Below the pieces are notes generated by a model. It had not been told where the DNA came from. It saw only the letters and a program-made list of their open reading frames with translations, and did no database searches. Below are positions 1-9,144 of a stretch of 64,000 nucleotides of DNA, piece by piece. The stretch's first letter is position 1; the number at the start of each line of letters is the position of its first letter. The DNA comes from an uncultured bacterium (GTDB lineage Bacteria; Babelota; Babeliae; Babelales; Babelaceae). The position numbers and the translations under genes are program-made. The stretch covers positions 384,001 to 448,000 of the forward strand of contig CAWFXL010000001.1 of the NCBI GenBank assembly GCA_963819815.1, read 5' to 3'.

Positions 1-295
1 GGCTTGCGCAGTATCTAGACTATGAAATAGCTACAATCGCACCTAGGGTATCACTCAAAATGGTAGTCGGATAGTTCAGGAAGAGAAATGCCCTCTGGGA
101 TCAGGCTGCTGGGGCCCAGAAAAATCATGGCTTGGCGGACAATGTTTCCTTTACATAGCTCTAGTGCGACTTATAGAATCTTTTGAGGATTTTTCTGTGC
201 GAATAGAGAAACCCTTTCTCTTGATTATTTTTTTCAATTTGTTATAATTTATACACATGCGCATTAAATTTGATTCAAAATTAGGAGATTGTACT

Positions 296-1456
296 TTGAA
301 GAATTTTATTTCGTTATTCGCACTATTCGCTCTGTTTCAAGCACATGGCATGAACCATACAAGGAATCATAATGGCGGCGTAACCTTTTCAAAGATTAAC
401 CCAGCAAAGTTTACCCGCATGGTCTTGAACGGCCTTAAAAGCAAGAGTGATCTTACCATTTTTCCTCATTTCCATCTCATTGATGTGAACTTGCGTGATG
501 AACAGAACAGAACACTTCTGCATTGGGCAAGTGCTCTAGGGAATATTGAGTGTGCTAAAATTGTGGTTGATAAAGGAGCTGATCTTGAACCAATCGATGC
601 CGAAGGCAATACACCATTGAGCCTGGCTAGGAAGTTTAACCAATACGCACTGGTAGAGTATCTACTCAGTACTATAAGAGCTCAAGGAAGGGTTCCCCGC
701 GAGTGTCAGGCGGCAGCTACTATGTTCTTTGATGCGCTCGTAAATCGCAATGAGACGACTGATATTCCATGGGATCTTGTTGATGTAGCTATGCGCGATA
801 CGCTCGGTAGAGCAGCATTACACTGGGCAAGCTTTTATGGTCGCACCGATTATGTAGGTCAATTAATACAGCAAGGAGCTGAGCTTGATACTCTTGACCA
901 GTTCGGCAGTACACCTTTACATCTTGCTATCCAGCAGAGGCACTATGCACTGGCGAAGCTATTAACGAATTCATTGAGAGCTCAAGGACACGTTCCCCAC
1001 GGGTATGACCACGTTCAAGCAACTCTTAATAATCGTCTTATTGCAGTATGTAATAGTGAATCGCAAGAATCTCTTGTCTCGTTGATCGAGGCTGGTGCCG
1101 AGATTAATACCACAAATGCCAACGGAAGCAGTCGAGCAATTCATCTTGCCATAGCACGCCAAAATGATGCAGCAGTAAGAGTTCTTGTTGAACAGGGAGC
1201 TGATTTGCTCGTTCGCACTGAAGAAGGCTACTCTGCATTACACGTTGCAATCCTAACAGGGCGGAAAGATCTTTGCATGTATCTCATACAACAGGGAGCG
1301 CTTGCAGCGTTTGAAAGTTTAGATGATAAAGATCGCCACTATCTTTGGAAACTCTACAATTTAATAGAGCTCGATGAAGACCTGTATCTTTATGATTTTG
1401 ATAAGGTAGATTTCCGCTATATTCAATTATTTGCGGAAAGCAAGCGTACCGCCTAA
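296..1456 (+). CDS. Secreted ankyrin-repeat protein with an internal ~100-aa duplication
   Basis: Ankyrin motifs LLHWAS/GNTPLSLA, ALHWAS/GSTPLHLA, GYSALHVA. The unit ending RAQGxVP recurs 300 nt apart (677/977). Likely TTG start at 296 after AGGAGA; hydrophobic N-terminus. Confidence 0.85.
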   Translation: MKNFISLFALFALFQAHGMNHTRNHNGGVTFSKINPAKFTRMVLNGLKSKSDLTIFPHFHLIDVNLRDEQNRTLLHWASALGNIECAKIVVDKGADLEPIDAEGNTPLSLARKFNQYALVEYLLSTIRAQGRVPRECQAAATMFFDALVNRNETTDIPWDLVDVAMRDTLGRAALHWASFYGRTDYVGQLIQQGAELDTLDQFGSTPLHLAIQQRHYALAKLLTNSLRAQGHVPHGYDHVQATLNNRLIAVCNSESQESLVSLIEAGAEINTTNANGSSRAIHLAIARQNDAAVRVLVEQGADLLVRTEEGYSALHVAILTGRKDLCMYLIQQGALAAFESLDDKDRHYLWKLYNLIELDEDLYLYDFDKVDFRYIQLFAESKRTA

Positions 1457-1475
1457 CAGGTCCTCCCCACATGAA

Positions 1476-1509
1476 ATGAAGAGAAGGAGCTTGCGCTCCT
1501 TCTCTTCAT
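1476..1509. terminator. Hairpin between convergent genes (likely bidirectional terminator)
   Basis: ATGAAGAGAAGGAGC-ttgc-GCTCCTTCTCTTCAT, perfect 15-bp stem. Confidence 0.75.
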
Positions 1510-1529
1510 GGTATAGTTACTGTGTATAG

Positions 1530-2675
1530 TTACTTTTTTTCAAAATATTCTTCTTGTAACTCTCTAGGAAGTTTTCGATACGAGACATGCTTAATCATCT
1601 CGGTACAGGGTTCACTATAAAAGGTTGACCAGAAGAGTACCTTTTTCCCCGTTAGAAAACCTTCAGCTGCATCCTGGATAAGCGCAGCGGCTGCTTTTGC
1701 CGTATAGGTATCTTCAAGAAGTATGCCGTCAGCCTTAAAGAGCTGAGCTGCCTTTGAGCCTGCTGCAGTGGGGTACCCGTAACCTTCACCATAGTACTGT
1801 TCACGTATAATAAGTTGATCATCTCTCCAGGTAAGAGAGGCAAACGACTTATCAAATGCGCACAAATAGCTCTTCGTTTCTTCAAATAACTTTTGAGCAT
1901 CCTTCCGTATATCATCCTCAGGCTCAACAGCTACGCCGACAACGATCGTAGGCGCAGAGATGAGCTGTAGCCCAATAAGTAACCCAACGGTCGTTCCTAA
2001 ACTTCCCGCTGCGACATAGATATACTCTGGCTGTACCGTTTTGCCCGCATCGATCTGCTCTTCAAGCTCAAGAACTGCATTAATAAAACCTAACACGCCG
2101 CAAGGAACTGATCCTCCAGGTGGGATAAGATAGGGCGTTGAGCCTGTTTCAGCTTCACAGCGCCGCACATGCTCAGGAACAGAAGCATTACGCTCTTTAG
2201 TCGTTTTATAATGATGCAGTTGTGCTTCATAGATAGCCTGTAACAATAAGTTTCTTTGCACTACCCAGGAATTAGGCTGATCTGCAAGTAAGCATATTGC
2301 TTTAAGACCCAATTGTTTAGCGTAGATGGCCGTTGCAAGGGCATGATTTGAGCCAGCACATCCGCGTGTCAAAACTGTCGTATATCCCTTTTTCTTTGCA
2401 TCAGGCAAGAGAAACTCGAGCTTACGAAGCTTGTTACCACCATGCAGACGTGTCCCATCTGGTTGCAAACGTCCTGCTAGATCATCACGCTTAACGTCAA
2501 GTTCACAGGTAAGCAACTCAGAAAGTTTTGTACAGTGGGAAACAGGTGTTGGAAGATCGCCAAGAGAGACATGAGGAACCTGAGACTTCAGTGTTTCATA
2601 GCGCTCAAGAAGAGCAACCGAAGGTGAGACCTCACTCGTCATAAGTAATAAAAATGGTATCAGATAGCGGTTCAT
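1530..2675 (-). CDS. PLP-dependent D-cysteine desulfhydrase / ACC deaminase family protein with signal-peptide-like N-terminus
   Basis: PTP...KRDDL, GGNKLRKLEF (PLP lysine), SNHALATA, IPPGGS, GSLGTTVGL, LEDTYTAKA. Confidence 0.9.
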   Translation of the reverse strand: MNRYLIPFLLLMTSEVSPSVALLERYETLKSQVPHVSLGDLPTPVSHCTKLSELLTCELDVKRDDLAGRLQPDGTRLHGGNKLRKLEFLLPDAKKKGYTTVLTRGCAGSNHALATAIYAKQLGLKAICLLADQPNSWVVQRNLLLQAIYEAQLHHYKTTKERNASVPEHVRRCEAETGSTPYLIPPGGSVPCGVLGFINAVLELEEQIDAGKTVQPEYIYVAAGSLGTTVGLLIGLQLISAPTIVVGVAVEPEDDIRKDAQKLFEETKSYLCAFDKSFASLTWRDDQLIIREQYYGEGYGYPTAAGSKAAQLFKADGILLEDTYTAKAAAALIQDAAEGFLTGKKVLFWSTFYSEPCTEMIKHVSYRKLPRELQEEYFEKK

Positions 2676-3052
2676 CTCTAGTATCCTTTCTAAGGTTGAT
2701 TACGATGAAGACCTTTTTTTGAATGTTGTTTTCAAGGCTAGAGGATTTTTCAAACGTGTCAATGAGAGTCTCTTAGTGCACGATAGACCTACAAGATTGT
2801 AAAGAGGCAAAATGCCCTACGAGTGACCATATTGAGCAAGAGACTCCTCTCAATGCTTGCAGACCTAGTAATCTCATTGAATCGTAAAAAATATACGAAT
2901 TCATAATGGAGACTCATCGATCTCTCTTTGCGATTCAATGAGATGTAATAACCGCCTCCAATTTTACATATCGTACCTGATATGTTAGAATCACTCTATA
3001 GGAGGCTTGCTTCTGTTTGATCAAAGATGCAACCACTCATAAGAGGAAATCA

Positions 3053-4214
3053 ATGCATCGATATGTGAAATTATTGCCGGCTCTTATCTTTCTTCAAGCA
3101 TATGCCCTAGAGGTACACCATCTCAATCCCCCACGCTTGAACGATGAAGATATGTTACGTGAAATAGTATGTTATAGACCAGTTCGAAAAGAACAACCGC
3201 GCATTGAACACGAGGAAGCTCATGGTAAAGATATAATCCATAATTATGGCCATGGTAGTGGTGGATGGACAATGGGGCCCGGATCTGCTCAGCGCGCAGT
3301 AGGTTTTTTGAAAAAAATTGCTCTCGTCAAGAAGGTTGATAAAGATATGCCGATCACTGTTATTGGTGCAGGCGTGATAGGCTTATTAACCGCGTATTAC
3401 TTGGTAAAAGAAGGGTACACGCCACACATAGTAGCAGAAGAGTTTGAAGAGCTCACCTCCCATAATGCAGGAGGGCTTTTTGCTTGGACTCTCAAGAAAT
3501 CAAGACGATGCGATTCGCACATCAGTAAATGAGGTATGCATTGAATCTTGCAAAATCTATACCCAAATAGCTCAAGGTACTCATCCTGATTTTCCTACAG
3601 GCGCACGATTTTTGCCCGCCTACTTTTCTGGTCGGGACAATTCAGACTTGGAGTTATTTGTCGCACAAGGTCTTATCAACCCGGCGAAAGATGTTATTGT
3701 AGATTTTAACAATGGTAAACGGCATCCAATGGTTGCTTACAAGTGCCCATTTATCGATACACCAAGCATGATGCAGCAGCTGACCAATTTTTTGAAACAG
3801 CGCAACGTTACATTTAGAAAGCAAAAAGTAGCAACCATTGATGATCTTTCAGAGCCTATCGTTTTTAATTGTACTGGCTTGGGATCGCGTGAATTGGCAC
3901 AAGACGATACGGTCTATCCCGTTCAAGGTCACCTCATAATGCTAAAAAATCAAAGGCCTGAAAACCTACAGTACATGGTCGAATTCGTCGCTGAGCGTAA
4001 CAAGATCACAGACGATGGATTTCCAATCGCGCGCGCTTGCTATCTGTTTCCAAAGCGCTTAGTTGATGCCGCGGAAGATGAGGTTGGTATTGTAGGAGGA
4101 ACGTTTATTCAACATGCTCAGGCAGATACGCCCCATCTGGAAGAATTTGCTCGTGTACTTACTATCGTGCGGAACTTCTTCGGGTCTAGTACAGAAGCTG
4201 AATGTTTGACATAG
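3053..4214 (+). pseudogene. FAD-dependent D-amino-acid oxidase family, circularly permuted, split by a frameshift near 3477-3494
   Basis: The first frame has CYRPVR, HNYGHGSGGWT, VIGAGVIG and TSHNAGG. The second frame continues with IDTP, VFNCTGLGSREL, PVQGHLI and IVGGTF. The two ORFs overlap in different frames. Confidence 0.8.
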
Positions 4215-4247
4215 GGACCACCGCAGCATTGCTTAGAACATTATTTG

Positions 4248-4721
4248 TTACGTGCCGTGTTCATTCCCTTTTGCAAAATCGCCAACTTCAGCATGCGTAA
4301 CTTTAATAAGATCTTCAGGTATAATCTTAAGAGTATATTTTTCAACGCCGCAGCCTCCATAGCAGTATTTGAGCTCCTTGACACCACTATCTATGAAAGT
4401 CTTCATGTTCGTATTAATCATTGAGACACTCCCAATAGAGCTCCCTGTCACCTGCAGTATATCTTCCTTAGTTGCCATGGTGGCGCTATTGGCTCCGAGA
4501 TATGCACGAACTTTCTTAAAATCAACTTTTTTGCTCGCTTGAATAATGACGGCAATGAACTGATCGTCAGATTTGATAATAAAGGTAGGCGTACATTGAT
4601 TAAGTTCAATGCCATAATGCAACGCACCTAGTTTTGCATTGGCCATGAGGATCTTATCCTGCATTATTTCATAATCAAGTCCCGCACATAGGGCTTCAAG
4701 GTCTTGTATTCTTTGGTTCAT
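4248..4721 (-). CDS. YbaK/ProX-family aminoacyl-tRNA deacylase-like protein
   Basis: Size and motifs KVDFKKV, MATKEDILQVTGSSIGSVS, YGGCG; 4-nt overlap with the MarR gene. Confidence 0.8.
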   Translation of the reverse strand: MNQRIQDLEALCAGLDYEIMQDKILMANAKLGALHYGIELNQCTPTFIIKSDDQFIAVIIQASKKVDFKKVRAYLGANSATMATKEDILQVTGSSIGSVSMINTNMKTFIDSGVKELKYCYGGCGVEKYTLKIIPEDLIKVTHAEVGDFAKGNEHGT

Positions 4722-5155
4722 CGGTGTTCTCCTATCTTCTGCAAGGCCGTAGCATAAAGCGATAAGCCTTGTGCTACGATTTTTTGTTCCTCTGGAGTCA
4801 ATATTTCTAACGCTGTTTGTACCTGCTGAGTAGCCAGTGAATGGATCTCAGAGAGCTTCTGTTTGCCAAGTTCAGTAAGGTGTACATAGCGACTTCGCCG
4901 ATCCTGGTCATTGGGAAGGGACGTGCAATATCCCTTATGTACAAGATCCTTTGTAAGGCGACTAACGGTCGAGGTATCAAGTGAAAGGGCAATGCTAAGC
5001 TCATGGGATGTTAAGTTCTTATTTTCTAAGGCCAGTAGTGCATAGCATTGGGAAACAGAGCCTATGTGGGCAAACTGGTTATCTAAGTACCCTAGATAAT
5101 GCACGATTGCTCTAGTACTTTTTCTAATAAGGATAATAGTATTCTTGCGAGCCAT
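4718..5155 (-). CDS. MarR-family transcriptional regulator
   Basis: LSLDTSTVSRLTKDLVHKGY and DRRSRYVHLTELG winged-helix signature. Confidence 0.9.
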   Translation of the reverse strand: MARKNTIILIRKSTRAIVHYLGYLDNQFAHIGSVSQCYALLALENKNLTSHELSIALSLDTSTVSRLTKDLVHKGYCTSLPNDQDRRSRYVHLTELGKQKLSEIHSLATQQVQTALEILTPEEQKIVAQGLSLYATALQKIGEHR

Positions 5156-5517
5156 TTTGTTCTCCTATAATATATGTATGTATCATACAACGAATTAAGA
5201 AAGTAGTCAAATCGATGGTTCACCACCCCGAAATATAAATCCAGAAAGGCTACTGCAATTCTTGCTGATAGTCGTGGGTAACAGTATCTCTTTTAGAATA
5301 AGATTTATGAAATCTTAATCCCCCAGAGGAAACTGTTTTGAATCAAGGATATCGAACAGCCTCAACCCTATGTACATATCCTGCTCAATTGTCCTTTGAA
5401 ACCGGAGGCAAAATTGAACCATGTGGCACAAAAAAAAGACCGAACTTGATTCACTTGACTCACTTTTGTTCCAGTGGTACCATTACTGAAACCAAGTTCA
5501 TGTTAAAGGATTTGAAT

Positions 5518-6882
5518 ATGAAATATCCAGAACCAGAATCATCTACTCTTGAATTTAAAGCTTCTCTCCCTCGAAGCAACCAGATTATCAAAACAGTTGT
5601 TGGCTTTTGTAACCAACATGGTGGTAAAATCATAATTGGTATAGAAAATGATGGAACCATAAAGGGATTAACCGAAGATGAGATAGAGCTTGCCCTAGAA
5701 TACTTAAACAACAATATCTACCAAGAAACAGTACCGCCGATTATTCCTTTAATCTATGCCCAAAATATAGCAGGTAAAACGGTACTTATTATAGAAGTAT
5801 CTTCTGGCATGAATAAACCTTACTATGTAAAATCCGAGAAACTCGATAAAGGCACCTATATAAGGTTAGGAAGAAGCACGCTCAGAGCAACCCCAGATAT
5901 AATTGAAGAGCTAAAGCTCGTTTCCCGTGGACGCTTTTTTGATTCTATGCCGGTTCATCATGCAGATCTTACAGATCTAGATATGAAAGCAATTGAGCAG
6001 TTCTTTCTTAATCGCAAAGGAATTCGGGAGATTCCACCTGTTATTAATGAGGCATTGAGTGCCTATCGTCTTATTACTGATCAGCATGGGCATATCCATC
6101 CAACAACCGCGGGAATCTTATTATTTGGAAAGGATCCGCAAAAGTTCTTTCCAGAAGCCTTTATAATGTGTACCCGTTATGCAGGTATTGAAGGGCGCGA
6201 GGCTCTTGCTTACCAAGATTGTACGGGAACTCTCTTTCAGCAATTTCAACAGGCCTACAATTTTGTACTTAGTCAGTTGTATCATTCGTTCACGATTAAA
6301 GGTCCAATTAGAGAAGAAAGACTAGAATTACCTGAGATTGCCATACGAGAGGCTATTATTAATGCGATAGTGCATCGAAACTATAACATCAATGCGACAA
6401 TTGGAATATCTATATTTGATAATCGTATCGAAGTCTTTAGTCCAGGAGGATTTCCAGGTCCAATGAACCTGCAAAATATTCAAAAAGGACTTACGTATAC
6501 TCGCAATTTCGCTATTGCGAAAATCTTTCGGGAAGCCGGATTTGGGGAAAAGCTCGGAACTGGTTTTTACACGATATTTTCTAGCTATCGGGAATATGGT
6601 CTACGAACTCCTGAAATAACTGAGGGGGAGAATTTTGTAAAATGTATCTTGCCAAGGTTAGCAGGAGATAAGCCTAACGTACTAACTAGAGAAGAGGAAA
6701 AATTAATACTCAAGCTCTTTGAAAGTGCAACGGAGCTGAGCATGGGAGAAATTGTGAAGAACTTGCAACTCTCTCGGTCAACGGTTAAGCGTAGATTAGA
6801 TCATCTGATACAAAATGGCATCCTTCAGACAAGAGGAGTTGGAAGTGGCACCCGCTATCTATTAGTAATACCAAACGAATAA
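5518..6882 (+). CDS. Schlafen/AlbA_2 domain protein with RecG-C-like (HATPase_c_4) and C-terminal wHTH domains
   Basis: ESSTLEFK, VVGFCNQHGGKIIIGIENDG, AIREAIINAIVHRNY, IEVFSPGG, C-terminal HTH. Likely start ATG 5518 after AAGGA. Confidence 0.88.
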   Translation: MKYPEPESSTLEFKASLPRSNQIIKTVVGFCNQHGGKIIIGIENDGTIKGLTEDEIELALEYLNNNIYQETVPPIIPLIYAQNIAGKTVLIIEVSSGMNKPYYVKSEKLDKGTYIRLGRSTLRATPDIIEELKLVSRGRFFDSMPVHHADLTDLDMKAIEQFFLNRKGIREIPPVINEALSAYRLITDQHGHIHPTTAGILLFGKDPQKFFPEAFIMCTRYAGIEGREALAYQDCTGTLFQQFQQAYNFVLSQLYHSFTIKGPIREERLELPEIAIREAIINAIVHRNYNINATIGISIFDNRIEVFSPGGFPGPMNLQNIQKGLTYTRNFAIAKIFREAGFGEKLGTGFYTIFSSYREYGLRTPEITEGENFVKCILPRLAGDKPNVLTREEEKLILKLFESATELSMGEIVKNLQLSRSTVKRRLDHLIQNGILQTRGVGSGTRYLLVIPNE

Positions 6883-7032
6883 TTTTCTGCACATCACATG
6901 CTCTATAAACTTAAACATAAGGATTCACAAGATCCCCGTTTTGAAAGTACGCGGCAGTCATGTGACTTTGGCAAAAATCTCACCAGTTAAAGCTCAGAGG
7001 CCACACAAATGGCAGCCTCTTTGCATAACCTA

Positions 7033-7926
7033 TTATACCAACCCAAATTCTCTACCAAGACCACGATCGATAAGAATCTGCTTTTCCCTTTGAGGTACTG
7101 CACCATAACGTGCATGACCATTCTTCACAAACTCACACGCCGAAACACCATCATTATTTCTAATGCGTGGATCAGCACCCCGTGCAAGAAGCTCTGCTAT
7201 CATATCAGAGCCTTTACCCGCATAATAGGCTGGCACCATGATAAGGCAGAGTAATGCTGTACTGCCATGTACGTCCTGACAATCGACGAGCGCACCATGA
7301 TCAAGAAGAAACTCAAAAGCTTCAAAGCTTACATGAGGAGGCTCTTTCGCAAAGTAGGTTAAAGGCCTCGTTCCATCAGTATTCATTGCATTAACGCTGG
7401 CACCATGTGCCAACCAATATGCTGCCGTTTCTTGGTCACCTTTCTTAAGTGCGTTCATAAAGGACTCTTGCGCTTTGGCAGCTTTAACCTCTGCTTTTGC
7501 AGTTTGGGTTCGATTTGTTAAGGTTGCCTTACCCACTGGATCGATAACAACAAGGATGTCAGTAACTCCTGCCTCATTATTGCTCGCTAGTAAAGTAACA
7601 TCATCTTTAGATTGATGATGACTATAGAGCCCAAGCTGGTACCGTGCACTTCCTATAGGCTTTATATAGTGTAATTCGTATGCTCCATGCTTTGTACTCA
7701 TAAATATCTTATCCTTATGACGGTCTGATGTCATAAGGATATTTGAAGCCTCTTCTGCAGCTTTAATAATCATAGGCTGTGATCCTAGCTTCTCAGCGGT
7801 AAACACTAAGCAGGGATAGTCAGTTTGGTTGGAGATCATTATATTCAATTGCCCCTCTTGCATCGCAAAGAGCCCGGTAACGAAAAGGGCCATAGCAGGA
7901 AGCAAAAGGTTATACGTTACTTTCAT
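7033..7926 (-). CDS. Secreted ankyrin-repeat protein with uncharacterised N-terminal domain (paralog of 40220..41059)
   Basis: Signal peptide ending LFA-M; GASVNA, GSTALL, GADPRIRNNDG. Confidence 0.85.
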   Translation of the reverse strand: MKVTYNLLLPAMALFVTGLFAMQEGQLNIMISNQTDYPCLVFTAEKLGSQPMIIKAAEEASNILMTSDRHKDKIFMSTKHGAYELHYIKPIGSARYQLGLYSHHQSKDDVTLLASNNEAGVTDILVVIDPVGKATLTNRTQTAKAEVKAAKAQESFMNALKKGDQETAAYWLAHGASVNAMNTDGTRPLTYFAKEPPHVSFEAFEFLLDHGALVDCQDVHGSTALLCLIMVPAYYAGKGSDMIAELLARGADPRIRNNDGVSACEFVKNGHARYGAVPQREKQILIDRGLGREFGLV

Positions 7927-8272
7927 GAGTGTTCCTTTCAATCAATAGTTATAATTATTTCATATAGTAATAAATCTAGACAAAAATGTCAAATGGGCCC
8001 AAGGAAAAGGCATAATTACAATAAATCTGAAGGCGGTTGATCAAAATCTTATGTCAACGCCTGAATGAGCCTACAAATCCGGTATATACTGGTAACAAAT
8101 GCTTCAACTTAAGGTGTATTATCCTATAGCCTACATTGTTTCACATCTATATGTATATGCGCCATGAAACCTTACATCCGTAATGTACCATGCTAAGAAT
8201 GAAGTAATGTTTTTTTTAGGCTTGTTTGATATACTGGCTTACTGATAATCAGAAGCATGGATAGGAAATCGC

Positions 8273-8614
8273 ATGAAAATAGTTGAACGCATCATTCTAC
8301 TTGAAGAGCTTAAGATGATGTCCCACAAGATGTACGGAAACCTCGTCAAAGCCGTAGTTGATGTTGAAAGAGAACTCATGGTAGTCGATATGGAAATGCA
8401 TGTGGACGGCGAGAGTGAACTCCTTGAGCAAGGCTAAGAGCAAAAGAATCTTTGGGGAATCAATATTCATCCAGAGAAAGCCAAGAAAAATCGAATAGAG
8501 TATGATTCACTCATTAATATACGTCCTTCCCAATGCAATCGAACTCGCGGTGTTGAGAATAGTGATTTGCAAAAGAAGATTACAAGCATCCTTAACAAAT
8601 TGGTATCTGAATGA
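8273..8614 (+). pseudogene. DUF5674-like gene with in-frame TAA at codon 55 (8435-8437)
   Basis: Not in the ORF track. My translation is MKIVERII...LVKAVVDVERELMVVDMEMHVDGESELLEQG*EQKNLWGINIHP...DSLINIRPSQCNRTRGVEN, colinear with 16442..16786, which has Ser at the stop position. Confidence 0.85.
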
Positions 8615-8946
8615 TCATACATAAAGATTTATCAGAAGGGCGATGGTATACTTTTTCTTTTATGGATCAACTTGCAAATGTTGGAACCGATATAGAGAGA
8701 GCAATCAATTGGAAAAAGCGTGGTGCAGCAGAGGATAGTGAAAAAGCACTTCAGCGAGGATTGGAGCTACTCCAATTTACCATTGAAGATCCTAAGAATG
8801 AGAAAAGACGCAAAGAACTTTTTCGCATTAAAGAAGCCCTGTTAGACTATTTCTATGGCAATAACCAGTATGGTTACACTGACCAAGCATGGCAACAATA
8901 TTTCTATTGTTTTGCTTACGCATCAGCCTTACGAAGGGGTCGATAA
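8611..8946 (+). CDS. Conserved small helical hypothetical protein, partner of the DUF5674-like gene (copy 1)
   Basis: HKDLSEGRW...QLANVGTDIERA...ELFRIKEALLDYF; paralog of 16783..17118; ATGA overlap with the upstream gene. Confidence 0.85.
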   Translation: MIIHKDLSEGRWYTFSFMDQLANVGTDIERAINWKKRGAAEDSEKALQRGLELLQFTIEDPKNEKRRKELFRIKEALLDYFYGNNQYGYTDQAWQQYFYCFAYASALRRGR

Positions 8947-9144
8947 GAAAAAAATCCATTTTTTCCCCTACTCCTAAGAATGCAAAGCGTCTTGCTGATT
9001 GGCCGGCTGCGCTAAATCTCAAATAGGTTAGGCCTACACATGCAAAAATTATAAAGCAACGAAAAAACTTCATATCATTGTGAATATACTGTTATGTTTT
9101 CTTTGACGCTATGATAGACATTTTCTAGGACTATCAATTACCTA

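Noticed and set aside
8435..8437. In-frame stop as evidence of recoding or an alternative genetic code
   Set aside because: TAA terminates many genes here and the paralog has Ser at this position; a point mutation is simpler
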